Positions 19,324 through 29,628 of a stretch of 64,000 nt of DNA are shown piece by piece. The translations under genes were made by a program, and so were the position numbers. The stretch lies in sequence record OP856590.1. One strand, written 5' to 3'. Position 1 is the stretch's first letter, and every line of letters starts with the position of its first letter. Source of the stretch: Escherichia phage Ec_MI-02. The notes under the pieces are model-generated. The model saw only the letters and a list, made by a program, of their open reading frames with translations, was not told the DNA's origin and ran no database searches.

Positions 19324-20750
19324 TAAAATTTTAATTCATTTGCCAAAGCATCTAACTGAGCTCGAGTGGATTCATTTCTTTGATAGCGATTCTGCTCAGC
19401 CTGAATCTGTTGTGAACCTGCTACTTCACTCACTTCAGTTGGAGTAGAATCTTGTTCAATTTCTACCCATTTCTGATTTCCTTTTTGAACACCCATCAAA
19501 AACTTATTCCATTTGTTCTTATCGCCATATCGTGATTTGATTTGCTTAATGAGTTGTTGTTCAGCAGCTGCTAACTCCTCAGTTTCAATGACCGCAAGCA
19601 TAAAATCAGCTGTTGCTGGAAGACCAGCAGATTCTGCAATATCGCTCATGTTAACATCAGAAGAATCCCAAGCTTGTTTGCCGACCTGTGCTGCAGTCCA
19701 AAGAACAGTTTCGGTTTCAACAGCCAGAGCACGCAATTCCTCTGCAATAGCTTTAACAGTTGTGTAACTATTTTCTGAATAAACTCTAATGCGGCAAGAT
19801 TTACAAATACCTAGATAGTCGACAATAATGATTGTTGGAATAAAATTCTTCTTGAGCTTCAATTCGTTTAAAAGAGATCGAAATGTATTAGCGTCTGCTC
19901 CACCAGTAGGATATTGCTTAACGATTAAACGACCGAGAGTAGATTTCTCACGCCATTTTTCCATTTTTCCTTTATATTCAGCGTAAGAAATATGCCCATC
20001 ATCAATGTCATCAAGAGAAACATCAAGCATATTAGCATCAATACGTTTAGCACAAACTTCTTCTGCCATTTCCATGGAAATGTAAAGAACATTGTGTCCG
20101 AGCTGCAAATAATCTGCTGCCAATGAACACAATCCTAATGACTTACCAACGTTAACACCAGCCATTAAAACATTCAGTGTTCCAGTTTCAGCTCCGCCTT
20201 TAGTAATTTTATTTAGAATTTTGAGTTTAAATGGAACCTTACGAGCTTTATTCATATAAGATAGCCAACGTGCTTCGTAGTCATCCATCCAATCATGACC
20301 AACGTAACTATCAAATGAAATTGATAATGCTTGGCGCATGATGTCAGGAATAGCACCAACATCCGGCATTTTCTTATTTCGTTTTTCCGGAGGAAGCTCA
20401 GCATTAGTTTGAATTTCAATTATTTTAGATGTGGCGTTAAACATCGCCCTTTGCTGAACATATTTTTCTGTTTCTTTTACTAACCAGCTGTGGTCTTCTG
20501 GAGAATCGGCTAGTTTCGAAATAAGTGTTTTTACACCAGAATATTCTGTTTCAGTAAATGAACTATTTTCTAATGCAACATTTAACGCATTAATAGATGG
20601 AACGCTATGGTACTCATTAACATGAGATTTAATTAATTTGAATGTATTTTTAGCTGGACCACTTTCAAAATATTCTGAATCCATATATGGCCAAACTTTT
20701 GAAAAATAAGCTTGATCAAATATGAGATGAGAAAGAATAATTTCTACCAC
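19323..20750 (-). CDS. 41: replicative DNA helicase gp41 (DnaB-like, 475 aa)
   Basis: 475 aa; Walker A GVNVGKS; track start codon is GTG. Confidence 0.9.
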   Translation of the reverse strand: MVEIILSHLIFDQAYFSKVWPYMDSEYFESGPAKNTFKLIKSHVNEYHSVPSINALNVALENSSFTETEYSGVKTLISKLADSPEDHSWLVKETEKYVQQRAMFNATSKIIEIQTNAELPPEKRNKKMPDVGAIPDIMRQALSISFDSYVGHDWMDDYEARWLSYMNKARKVPFKLKILNKITKGGAETGTLNVLMAGVNVGKSLGLCSLAADYLQLGHNVLYISMEMAEEVCAKRIDANMLDVSLDDIDDGHISYAEYKGKMEKWREKSTLGRLIVKQYPTGGADANTFRSLLNELKLKKNFIPTIIIVDYLGICKSCRIRVYSENSYTTVKAIAEELRALAVETETVLWTAAQVGKQAWDSSDVNMSDIAESAGLPATADFMLAVIETEELAAAEQQLIKQIKSRYGDKNKWNKFLMGVQKGNQKWVEIEQDSTPTEVSEVAGSQQIQAEQNRYQRNESTRAQLDALANELKF

Positions 20751-20759
20751 ACTTACTCC

Positions 20760-21104
20760 TTAAAAGAATTTAAATTTTTTCTTTGGCCTTTTATTAAACG
20801 CATCTTGTAGTTGCATTGTAATACATTTTTCTACATGAGGAGCTAACTCAGCTTTTCTTTCTTGGTCAAGAACAGCAAAGTCCATTACGACTTTTCCATC
20901 AACCCAATCTAATTTTGTCACATACGCGATGTGTGTAGAACCGTCTTCTAGTTTAATGACAATCTCCTGGATAACATTTTCCATGGCAGATTTAATTATC
21001 TTAAGAGATTCATTAAAAAGACGTTCTTTTCTTTCTTCTTCCCCCTCCGAAGAGGGGGATTCATCGATAATTTCTAGATCTAAATCTAAATCATCTTTAT
21101 TCAT
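20760..21104 (-). CDS. 40: gp40 head vertex assembly chaperone-like (about 114 aa)
   Basis: between uvsX and 41; track start 21122 is GTG overlapping uvsX, ATG at 21104 with weak SD chosen. Confidence 0.55.
   Translation of the reverse strand: MNKDDLDLDLEIIDESPSSEGEEERKERLFNESLKIIKSAMENVIQEIVIKLEDGSTHIAYVTKLDWVDGKVVMDFAVLDQERKAELAPHVEKCITMQLQDAFNKRPKKKFKFF
21041..21058 (-). other. stable GC hairpin with UUCG loop inside gene 40 coding sequence
   Basis: CCCCCUC-UUCG-GAGGGGG (7 bp stem). Confidence 0.6.
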
Positions 21105-22278
21105 TAAATTCTTCCATATCACTTAACTGATCTAGGTCAGTTTCTAAATCAGCTGCTGATTTACTTTTACTTTCTGGAGATTTAAATTTTTCAACCTTTG
21201 AGTTAATCAATTCATCAACTTCAGCTTCAACAATTTCATTACTATCAATAGCACCTAACTGATAAGCACGTTTAATAGCATCTCGGAATGGCTGATGCTT
21301 AAATAAAGGACCCCAGAATGTAGTGCAGTTAGTATCTTTTGCACGCCAAGATTTTTCTTCGCGAATCATCTCACCGGTTTCTTCGTCAAGAAATTCACGA
21401 GCATACCAGCCATTTTTAGGTTTTACCACAAATCCTAATTCTAGAGCCATATCTAACAATCCAGAATAAGGATCGATGCCACCGTCAAATTTAACATCAA
21501 TAAAGAATTTACTTTTTTCTTTGACGGTACGAGATTTTTCTACATTTAGAACAAATTGATACCCCTGAAGATCAGAACCATCTTTAATCTGGCGCTTACC
21601 GATAATGAATACGGTATCAGCCGAATACATTACGCCTGTACCACCTGTCATCACGGTTTTACTAAACATTTCAATTGTTTCAATTGTATGGTTAACCGCA
21701 ACGCATGGAATGTTTTTAATACTAAAATAAGGAGTAACAATACGGAATAATGACTTCAGTGATTTAGCACGAGTCATATCTGCCACAGATTTTTCATTCA
21801 AGGCATCTTCCGTTTCTTTCTTAGAAGCCATATTACCGATTGAGTCGATGAATACAATAACTTTTTCACCGCGCTCAATAGCTTCAAGCTGATTCACCAT
21901 ATCAATTTTCAGCTGTTCAACTGACTGGATTGGTGTATGAATTACTCGTTCCGGGTCAACTCCCATGGATCGCAAATAAGCTGGAGTAATACCAAATTCG
22001 CTATCATAGAATAGACATACCGCGTCAGGATATTTGTTCAAATACGCCGCAACCATAGTCAAAGACATATTTGATTTAAAGTGTTTAGAAGGACCTGCAA
22101 AAATGGTTAAACCAGACTGCATACCACCATCAATCGCACCAGAAATAGCGATATTAAGCATTGGGATTTTTGTACGGATTACATCCTTTTCATTAAAGAA
22201 TTTAGATGTAGTCAGTTCAGCAGTCATTTTAGAAGTGGAAGCTTTAATCAAACGGGATTTTAAATCTGCAATAGACAT
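21097..22278 (-). CDS. uvsX: UvsX recombinase (RecA-like, 393 aa)
   Basis: RecA fold motifs; MSIADLKSRLIKASTSK start; ATG confirmed. Confidence 0.95.
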   Translation of the reverse strand: MSIADLKSRLIKASTSKMTAELTTSKFFNEKDVIRTKIPMLNIAISGAIDGGMQSGLTIFAGPSKHFKSNMSLTMVAAYLNKYPDAVCLFYDSEFGITPAYLRSMGVDPERVIHTPIQSVEQLKIDMVNQLEAIERGEKVIVFIDSIGNMASKKETEDALNEKSVADMTRAKSLKSLFRIVTPYFSIKNIPCVAVNHTIETIEMFSKTVMTGGTGVMYSADTVFIIGKRQIKDGSDLQGYQFVLNVEKSRTVKEKSKFFIDVKFDGGIDPYSGLLDMALELGFVVKPKNGWYAREFLDEETGEMIREEKSWRAKDTNCTTFWGPLFKHQPFRDAIKRAYQLGAIDSNEIVEAEVDELINSKVEKFKSPESKSKSAADLETDLDQLSDMEEFNE

Positions 22279-22355
22279 TCATTTTTTCCATAGGCATCAT
22301 TATATTTTCCTCACTGGTTAAAGATAGAGTAATTATAACACAATAAATTTAGGCA

Positions 22356-23198
22356 TTAATCAACTGCTATTGGATGAATAGCATTAAACTTATGAAACGC
22401 TTCTGATTTTTCTTTGCGCGAAACACACATGCGAAGAACCTTTAATGGCTCGTCTTCTTCACCCAACGATTTTCTCTTTTCGATATTCGATGTTTTCCAA
22501 CGAGCTTGCTCTGGAAACTCTCTATTGATTTGCTCAAGAGCTCTATTATGTTTTGAATTACTACGAATTGAACTACACCCGCCAGGAGCTTGTGCTTTTC
22601 CAGATACAACCAGATATTTGAACAAGGCCAAATGCGGATAACCTTGATTAATTAAATTGAGAAATGCATACATATCTTCGCATAAATCAATTTTTCCATA
22701 CCCAATTTGTTCTGTTGTAAGTTTCCCGAGGTCATACCAAGTATTCGTGAATCCATATGAATTTTCACGATAATTACCCCAAGATGAAGTAATTTTAAAA
22801 ATAGGCAGACGAGCATGACCATGATAATACCCGCAATCCATGGCATCTTCAACGTATTGAATCAATTCATAGAACTGTTCACGAGTTAATTGATTAATTT
22901 TATCTACGCAGCGACGATCATCTTTCTTTCGCATTGAACTCATACGAATAGTAGTATCATCATCAATCATCCAAATTCGTTGACCTGCATACATATCAGT
23001 AATTGCTTTACGAGTACCAGCAATTCCGTTAACATCATCAGGAATAGTTATAATTTTAGCTCTAGACCCGTAAGCGTTATAATAAGCTTTTTCTTCGTGT
23101 TCACGTACTACAATATGAGGTTCATAATCAGTCGGAAACATATCAAGGGCAGAAACTGCCCCTACGCGTTGATAGCTTGGAATTACGAATTGAATCAT
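22356..23198 (-). CDS. glycosyltransferase at the beta-gt locus (280 aa), probable HMC-DNA glucosyltransferase
   Basis: between uvsX and 42; WMIDDDT DxD-like motif; not the 351 aa T4 beta-gt; track start GTG, ATG two codons later with ATGA overlap to 42. Confidence 0.6.
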   Translation of the reverse strand: MIQFVIPSYQRVGAVSALDMFPTDYEPHIVVREHEEKAYYNAYGSRAKIITIPDDVNGIAGTRKAITDMYAGQRIWMIDDDTTIRMSSMRKKDDRRCVDKINQLTREQFYELIQYVEDAMDCGYYHGHARLPIFKITSSWGNYRENSYGFTNTWYDLGKLTTEQIGYGKIDLCEDMYAFLNLINQGYPHLALFKYLVVSGKAQAPGGCSSIRSNSKHNRALEQINREFPEQARWKTSNIEKRKSLGEEDEPLKVLRMCVSRKEKSEAFHKFNAIHPIAVD

Positions 23199-23935
23199 TT
23201 CCACTCACCTTTATAATCTTTTTTCACAATATGAGTTTCGCCAGTATTCCACCAATGATCAACCAAGTAAAAATGACGAGAATATACATGAAGACTTCCA
23301 ACATTCCATATAATAGAACCTGCTTTATACTGACGAGTTGAATCGCCTGCATTCAAGTCAGATACTAATTTATCTAGTACGTATTTTTGCCATGCATAAT
23401 CATTACGGAATCCGAAGACCACGTCATTTGAACGCATGCTTACTACTGCATTGACTTTCTTATCACGAATCAGGTACTGCACTGTATTAGTACACATGAA
23501 ATCTGACATACCATCTTTATTGTAGTCAAACTGCATGGATGGACGAGTATAAATCATGATACCACGCCGAGAATCAGGATTTTGACCAAGTTCAGCTAAA
23601 CACATATCATACTGGGCATAGTTATCTTCTGACCAGATGGCCCAACCATAATTCGAGTTAATTTCGCCTTTAGAAGATGCTACCTGCTGCCAAATCTTCG
23701 GTGTTTCACCCGGAATATCTTTAACAAACAAACTTTTAGATTTATACCATTCAAGTTCACGTTGAATGTATTCATCATTAAGAGCGCCAAAAATAAACGG
23801 TTCATCTGCTACAAATGATGCACCAATAATTTCAATAGTTTTAACACCAGTTTTATCAACTACGAAATCTTTTTCTTTTAATGCAAGCCCCAAATGAAGA
23901 CGGATTTCTTCAACTGTCATAGAGTCACTAATCAT
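23195..23935 (-). CDS. 42: dCMP hydroxymethylase gp42 (246 aa)
   Basis: 246 aa; thymidylate-synthase-like fold; ATG confirmed. Confidence 0.9.
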   Translation of the reverse strand: MISDSMTVEEIRLHLGLALKEKDFVVDKTGVKTIEIIGASFVADEPFIFGALNDEYIQRELEWYKSKSLFVKDIPGETPKIWQQVASSKGEINSNYGWAIWSEDNYAQYDMCLAELGQNPDSRRGIMIYTRPSMQFDYNKDGMSDFMCTNTVQYLIRDKKVNAVVSMRSNDVVFGFRNDYAWQKYVLDKLVSDLNAGDSTRQYKAGSIIWNVGSLHVYSRHFYLVDHWWNTGETHIVKKDYKGEWK

Positions 23936-23942
23936 TTAAACC

Positions 23943-24092
23943 TCAATTGATACATTCATATTTAACTTGTAACAGTAATAAACTCCAACCTAAAATAATA
24001 GTTGGAATCATAAGAGGAACCGTTACACTATAGTATATACTTATTATAATCATCAAGATTAAAAGCAACACTGCTATAATTTTGCTTTTCAT
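23943..24092 (-). CDS. small hydrophobic peptide (49 aa)
   Basis: not in track; ATG overlaps imm stop (ATGA); MKSKIIAVLLLILMIIISIYY... Confidence 0.3.
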   Translation of the reverse strand: MKSKIIAVLLLILMIIISIYYSVTVPLMIPTIILGWSLLLLQVKYECIN

Positions 24093-24340
24093 TCCTTCTC
24101 TCTGATGATAATTACCTGATTTGGCTGCGCAGACTTTTTAGTTTCACCAGCAATTGACCAAATAAATGTAATAAACCAACCAATAATTGACCAGTTAAAC
24201 AGTAAAGACGTGAAAAAGATTCCTACTGTCGATTTTGATCCACGCATCAAGGCAATAAACCATGGAAGCATGTATATAATAATAGCCAACACACCTGAAA
24301 CTAAAACCATAAAAATTGAACCTGCTACTAAAGTTTCCAT
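24089..24340 (-). CDS. imm: Imm superinfection immunity membrane protein (83 aa)
   Basis: 83 aa two-TM protein; position downstream of gene 43 block. Confidence 0.75.
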   Translation of the reverse strand: METLVAGSIFMVLVSGVLAIIIYMLPWFIALMRGSKSTVGIFFTSLLFNWSIIGWFITFIWSIAGETKKSAQPNQVIIIREKE

Positions 24341-24347
24341 CTTTTCC

Positions 24348-24728
24348 TCACTTAGTCAAATTTTTTACGCATGAATTATAAGAATTCACTACATACTCCA
24401 TCGGAGCATTTTTACCTGTACGCCACTGGTAATTATTAGCCCAATTTGCCCAAAGCACGGCACAGTAGTTTTCAATTTTTTCTTCGCGTGTAATTACATC
24501 CGAATTACGATATGCTTGAGCATATTCATCTGGACGAATAGCTTCGTCAAAATTCGCCTGCATTTGTTCTACTGTTTGCTTTGGAGCTTCTTTATAACAC
24601 TTGACATTAGGATTATAAAATTTGCTTGAACAGTTTACAATTTTTCCTACATCAGACTGATTTACTACCGGTCCTTGAGCTACACAACCAGTAAGACCTA
24701 ATGCAATAACCAAAATAGCGATTTTCAT
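24348..24728 (-). CDS. lipoprotein (126 aa), imm.1 position
   Basis: track start TTG; ATG MKIAILVIALGLTGC lipobox with GGAGAA SD. Confidence 0.55.
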   Translation of the reverse strand: MKIAILVIALGLTGCVAQGPVVNQSDVGKIVNCSSKFYNPNVKCYKEAPKQTVEQMQANFDEAIRPDEYAQAYRNSDVITREEKIENYCAVLWANWANNYQWRTGKNAPMEYVVNSYNSCVKNLTK

Positions 24729-24800
24729 TTCATTCTCCAAATCCGTATTAGTTGATAGTTGTATAGTACCACAGAGGAACGGTCTTGTAAACAGTTTTGT
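24721..24800 (-). repeat. promoter/5'UTR cassette repeat (copies at 51031..51085 and 52451..52530)
   Basis: about 47 nt plus about 27 nt near-identical to 52451..52530, including RBS and start region. Confidence 0.7.
24762..24792 (-). promoter_or_regulatory. T4 early-type promoter upstream of imm.1-position gene
   Basis: GTTTAC-N18-TACTAT; part of repeated cassette. Confidence 0.5.
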
Positions 24801-24873
24801 GAAAAAATTTTTAGGGAATCCAAAGGGTCCAGAATCATCTCTTTTTCATAAGTATAGATTTATATTACTTGTA

Positions 24874-24896
24874 TGAAAAAGGGACCCGGAGGTCCC
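24874..24896 (-). terminator. rho-independent terminator after gene 43
   Basis: GGGACC-UCCG-GGUCCC followed by UUUUUC. Confidence 0.65.
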
Positions 24897-24909
24897 TAGA
24901 TTTATTCTA

Positions 24910-27606
24910 TCAGCCAAACAGGAAGTCTAACGAAGCTTTTTCTTCATAGTCCATACCTGCCGATTCACACATACCCGCAAGCGGTTTAACAAACGATTTT
25001 TGGAACAAGGTTGAGTAGTCAATCCAAGACAGTACGTCAGAACGAATTTCTTTTGGAAGTTCTGTGCCCGACGGCCAAGCAATACACTTGTCACCAAATG
25101 GATTTCCTTCACGTAATGGAAGAACCATTACTTTATTTCCATCCAAAATTGGAGCTACACCTAGACCACTAACAGCTCGACGATAAGTTAGCACACCACG
25201 AATATGGAACGGGCATTTAAATCCTGGCCAACCTTTATCATCATATTTCGCTATATCGTTCGCAGTTTTTACTTCAGCAATAACTTTATAGTCAAGTTGA
25301 CGATATTCTTTCTCGAAGTTCTTGTAATATTCTTGGACAGACTCTTCACCTTCCTGAAGAATACGACGAATACTTTCTTCGAGAGCTTCTTGTACTGCTT
25401 TTGGTGTTGAACTCTGCTGAGTTTCCATACCCATGATTTTTAGATGCGGTTCAGCAAATCGCTTATCTTCCATATCATAAACGTTCAGAGCATAACGTTT
25501 TTTCGCTTTCCAAAATCCACCGACACCCTTTGAACCAAGCGGAGGGCAAGAAATAGCTTCACGGTCCATATGCATCAGATGCTCGCGGTTATTCATATAA
25601 TCACATAACTCACGATATGCAACATCAATCATAGGTTCCATCTTTTTCTTACCAAACTGATTCATGAATTCAACTAAATCATTTTGTTCTTTAAAGCGAT
25701 CAAGACCTACTTTTTCAATAACTTTATCTACACAAACATATACCGAATCAGTATCACCTGCTGCGATGAAATCTTCACCATTAGTTCCACATACTTTATT
25801 CAGATATTCATTAATTTTGCGAGCAATCCACTGAATACCGACTTGACCGAAAATTGTGATAGCAGTAGCATTTCGCAAATCATAGTAACGGAAATGAATA
25901 TTACCAAGAGCACCATAAAGACTGTTAATAAGAATTTTACGGTTCAGCTGATTTGTGTTAGCAAGTGTAGCTGCTTTTTCACATTCTTCAATCAGACTAT
26001 TGAGAACAGATTCAGTATAATTCGATAGTTCATTTAAGAAATCATCACTGAACTTAACATATCGTTCAACTTCTGGTTTAGTTGAACAAGACCCTGCGCC
26101 TTTCATAATAATCTTTTTAATAGCTTCGGCATTCATTTCTTCCGCGAACATTTTCTTTTTCCAATCTTTACGCTGGAAAAATACTTTAGCGATTTCCTTT
26201 GGAATGATACCTTCTTGATGCTTATCATACATCCATCCATTCGGAGAACAAGAATATTCATCACTTGGCTTAGGAGCTGTTCCTGCGATATATTCATGAA
26301 TTGGATGAACTTTAAACTGCCCACGAATAGTCTCAGGACTAATGTTAACCTGACGAATAATGCTAGGATACAGAGACGTCAAGTCAAAACTCATAATGTA
26401 TCGACGAGCAATTGGTTTAGGTTCAAACACAAATGCACCTGGAAAACTTTGTTTAATGTGCGAACCTTGTTGAGGAATAACCTTATGTTCACATTTCAGT
26501 GAGTTAAAAATAATAGCATCCCAAGTTTTAATAGGGCTCATTACACCAGAAAAAGGCATTTTAGCGTAATAAGACATACTTAAAACTAGATCGATAAACC
26601 CACGAATTTTATCAATTGCTTGAACTGATTCTACGTCAATGATGTTATAACTAATGTATCGCTGATGATTAGTCTCACGAAGTTTATTAATAGGACCATC
26701 GTACGGTAATTTACCTTTTTTGGTTTCATGTTGAGCAACTGATTCCAAAGAGAACGATGGCAAATTAGTAAATGCGAATTTCTTGTACAAATCTAAATAA
26801 TCAAGAATAGATACGCCATCAATAGAATAAATTTCTTTGCTACCGTACATATTTTGAATTAGTTTAGATTTTACTCGACCGATTGGAGAGAAGCGTTTCA
26901 TACTACGTTCACCGAGAACCATTTTAACACGATTCATGATATACGGAACGTCAAATCCCTCAATATTCCAACCGGTAAAAATAGCAGGTCGTTTCTGTTC
27001 CCAGAGATTAATATATTCCATGAGCATATCACGCTCATTATCAAATGGCATATAAATTACTCGGTCAAGAATTTCTTGAGGAACTTCATCACCACCTTCA
27101 CAGTCAAGCTTAGCAGCTAACTTTGCATCCCATTTTGATACTGAACCGTACATTGAATTCAACAAATCAAAGACGTAAAAACGATCATCAATTGAATCAT
27201 AATGAGTGATAGCATCAATTTCATATTCTGCTTTCATTGGGTCAGGAAATTTATCACCGGTAACCTCAATGTCACAGTTAGCTACACGAACAAATTTTCG
27301 GTCATAAACAATTTCTGAACCATATGTATCACTGATATAAGCGAGTTTAAAATCGTTCATACCAAGAGCTTCGAGACCGATGTCTTCCATTCGCTTCATC
27401 CAGTCTCGTGCATCTTTCATTGATGGAAATTTTTGAGGAGCACAGTTTTTACCATAAATGTCTTTGTACTTTGACTCTTCCTTACAATGCCTAAACATAG
27501 TCGGAAGATATTCTACTTCACGAGTACGTTCCTTTCCATTTTCATCAATATAACGCTCAACAATATTATTTCCGACTGTTTCGATAGAGATATAAAATTC
27601 TTTCAT
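24910..27606 (-). CDS. 43: DNA polymerase gp43 (family B, 898 aa)
   Basis: 898 aa; exo and pol motifs (DIE, DTDS); ATG confirmed. Confidence 0.95.
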   Translation of the reverse strand: MKEFYISIETVGNNIVERYIDENGKERTREVEYLPTMFRHCKEESKYKDIYGKNCAPQKFPSMKDARDWMKRMEDIGLEALGMNDFKLAYISDTYGSEIVYDRKFVRVANCDIEVTGDKFPDPMKAEYEIDAITHYDSIDDRFYVFDLLNSMYGSVSKWDAKLAAKLDCEGGDEVPQEILDRVIYMPFDNERDMLMEYINLWEQKRPAIFTGWNIEGFDVPYIMNRVKMVLGERSMKRFSPIGRVKSKLIQNMYGSKEIYSIDGVSILDYLDLYKKFAFTNLPSFSLESVAQHETKKGKLPYDGPINKLRETNHQRYISYNIIDVESVQAIDKIRGFIDLVLSMSYYAKMPFSGVMSPIKTWDAIIFNSLKCEHKVIPQQGSHIKQSFPGAFVFEPKPIARRYIMSFDLTSLYPSIIRQVNISPETIRGQFKVHPIHEYIAGTAPKPSDEYSCSPNGWMYDKHQEGIIPKEIAKVFFQRKDWKKKMFAEEMNAEAIKKIIMKGAGSCSTKPEVERYVKFSDDFLNELSNYTESVLNSLIEECEKAATLANTNQLNRKILINSLYGALGNIHFRYYDLRNATAITIFGQVGIQWIARKINEYLNKVCGTNGEDFIAAGDTDSVYVCVDKVIEKVGLDRFKEQNDLVEFMNQFGKKKMEPMIDVAYRELCDYMNNREHLMHMDREAISCPPLGSKGVGGFWKAKKRYALNVYDMEDKRFAEPHLKIMGMETQQSSTPKAVQEALEESIRRILQEGEESVQEYYKNFEKEYRQLDYKVIAEVKTANDIAKYDDKGWPGFKCPFHIRGVLTYRRAVSGLGVAPILDGNKVMVLPLREGNPFGDKCIAWPSGTELPKEIRSDVLSWIDYSTLFQKSFVKPLAGMCESAGMDYEEKASLDFLFG

Positions 27607-27666
27607 AGATATTCCTTAGTTTATAGCCCGAGTTATTAGGCTCTTGATATATTATACTCCAAATAA

Positions 27667-27680
27667 GGGGCCGAAGCCCC
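27667..27680 (-). terminator. GC hairpin with UUCG loop after regA
   Basis: GGGGC-UUCG-GCCCC then UUAUUU. Confidence 0.5.
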
Positions 27681-27684
27681 TTGC

Positions 27685-28053
27685 TTAATTACCAATCGTA
27701 TATTTTGGAACGAGTTTCCATTCATGTTTTTGTTTAAAAGAAATAACTCGGAAGTTATTAGTTAAATCTTTCATAAAAGTTCTTTGACCAGGAACGATTT
27801 CAATCAGTCCCCAATCTTCTAACAGCCACGCAATCGAATCACGACGAACTTCATCTTCTTCTGTCATTTCAACCTGGCGACCATCCATACGAAGCATTTC
27901 TTTAAAATGAACGATATAGTATAGTCCTTTTTTCTGAAGAATGTGGCAGGACTGATACAGAACTTTATCTTTATTATTAGCAATTCCCATACGAGTCAAA
28001 GTTTCTTTTACTTTCAGAAAATCTTCAGGTTTTTTAAGAGTAATTTCAATCAT
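27685..28053 (-). CDS. regA: RegA translational repressor (122 aa)
   Basis: 122 aa; directly downstream of gene 62; ATG confirmed. Confidence 0.85.
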   Translation of the reverse strand: MIEITLKKPEDFLKVKETLTRMGIANNKDKVLYQSCHILQKKGLYYIVHFKEMLRMDGRQVEMTEEDEVRRDSIAWLLEDWGLIEIVPGQRTFMKDLTNNFRVISFKQKHEWKLVPKYTIGN

Positions 28054-28054
28054 T

Positions 28055-28618
28055 TTACCATTCCAATGCTAGTTTTTTGAGTTGTTTCTGTTCTTTTACG
28101 TTCTTAGTCACTTCTTTCAAAAAATCATCCGTGACTAAACCTTTTAGTTCTTTTAATACTAAAGGAAGTTTTCCATTTTTAGTAAGAATTGATTTATAGT
28201 TAATTGCATCATTTGTATTAACTTGATACCGCTTAGCAAGTAACTTAATAATCAATACTTCAGTAGAATCTTCGACCAGTTTTGCCCATTTACCATATCT
28301 TTTACCACGAGGAACAGCAGCCATCAGATAATTAAAATGGGCTTCATCGCTTAAACCTGATCCAATTAAATTCATAGCATATACAGCTGGCATGCATTCA
28401 GGAAATTGTGATAATGCATTCTCAACCATGTATTTTGAATAATCTTTTTGAGCAATAGAGCATTTAGTTTTATTATTAATAGCTCCAATTATTTCAAAAA
28501 ATTCATTTTCAGCTTTTTCCTTAAAAGAATCAGCAGCAGATTGGACAGCTGTCCAATCTTTTGAATACCAAGCAACTTGATGCTCGTTTAATTGAATATC
28601 ATCTTCAAATAAGCTCAT
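28055..28618 (-). CDS. 62: clamp loader small subunit gp62 (187 aa)
   Basis: 187 aa; between 44 and regA. Confidence 0.8.
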   Translation of the reverse strand: MSLFEDDIQLNEHQVAWYSKDWTAVQSAADSFKEKAENEFFEIIGAINNKTKCSIAQKDYSKYMVENALSQFPECMPAVYAMNLIGSGLSDEAHFNYLMAAVPRGKRYGKWAKLVEDSTEVLIIKLLAKRYQVNTNDAINYKSILTKNGKLPLVLKELKGLVTDDFLKEVTKNVKEQKQLKKLALEW

Positions 28619-28619
28619 A

Positions 28620-29579
28620 TCACTTCCACTGCATTTCGCATGCTAATTGAATGAAAAGATATGCTAAATGCAATTCCGTATTAGCCGCAATTCCATGATA
28701 CTGGTTATTTTCACCAACAATTTCATACATACGAATAATACTTTGCGGAGTTACGCGTGTATAGATTTCTTCGGCAAGTTTACCTACAAACCACGAATAA
28801 TCAGCTGCATATTTTGGTGCTAAAGCTCTGAGCTGTTTAACATCTTTATTTTTGAGAGACTCAAGAACATCATCAATAGCACCACGATCGTTAGTAACCA
28901 GTGATAAAATACCAGCATCCAAAACACCTTTAGATGAATAACTATCGAGCTCACCAATAGTTTTACGAAAATCAGGAAAATTCTTTTTAACCAAAGCTGC
29001 TACAACTTTCATATCAGCTATAGCAATTCCTTCATGCTTGCAGATTTCAGTCAATCGACGAATCATCTGCTTCATCATTTCAATTTTATCTTCATCGGTC
29101 GGTTGACCGAATGTAATAACTCGGCAGCGTGACTGAAGCGGTTTAATAATACCATCAATATTGTTAGCAGTAATAATAATACTACAGTTTGAACTATAAG
29201 CTTCCATAAAGGAACGAAGATGTCGCTGAGACTCTGCTAACCCTGAGCGGTCAAATTCATCAATAACGATTACTTTTTGACGACCATCAAATGAAGCTGC
29301 ACTAGCAAAATTAGTCAAAGGACCACGAACGAAATCAATTTTACAGTCTGATCCATTCACAAACATCATATCAGCATTTACATCATGACACAATGCTTTT
29401 GCTACAGTTGTTTTACCTGTTCCTGGAGAAGGAGAATGAAGAATAATATGTGGAATTTTACCTTTACTTGTAATAGATTTAAAGGTTTCTTTATCAAAGG
29501 CGGGAAGAATACATTCATCGATAGTAGATGGACGATATTTTTGTTCAAGAATGTGTTCTTTTTCATTTACAGTAATCAT
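28620..29579 (-). CDS. 44: clamp loader AAA+ subunit gp44 (319 aa)
   Basis: Walker [11 protein letters not shown]; track start TTG trimmed to ATG with GAGGAAAT SD, giving the T4 length. Confidence 0.9.
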   Translation of the reverse strand: MITVNEKEHILEQKYRPSTIDECILPAFDKETFKSITSKGKIPHIILHSPSPGTGKTTVAKALCHDVNADMMFVNGSDCKIDFVRGPLTNFASAASFDGRQKVIVIDEFDRSGLAESQRHLRSFMEAYSSNCSIIITANNIDGIIKPLQSRCRVITFGQPTDEDKIEMMKQMIRRLTEICKHEGIAIADMKVVAALVKKNFPDFRKTIGELDSYSSKGVLDAGILSLVTNDRGAIDDVLESLKNKDVKQLRALAPKYAADYSWFVGKLAEEIYTRVTPQSIIRMYEIVGENNQYHGIAANTELHLAYLFIQLACEMQWK

Positions 29580-29610
29580 AATTTCCTCATTCAAGTTTTA
29601 GTGTAAATTT

Positions 29611-29626
29611 AAGGGCCGAAGCCCTT
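29611..29626 (-). other. GC hairpin with UUCG loop between genes 45 and 44
   Basis: AAGGGC-UUCG-GCCCUU; weak U tract. Confidence 0.45.
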
Positions 29627-29628
29627 TA

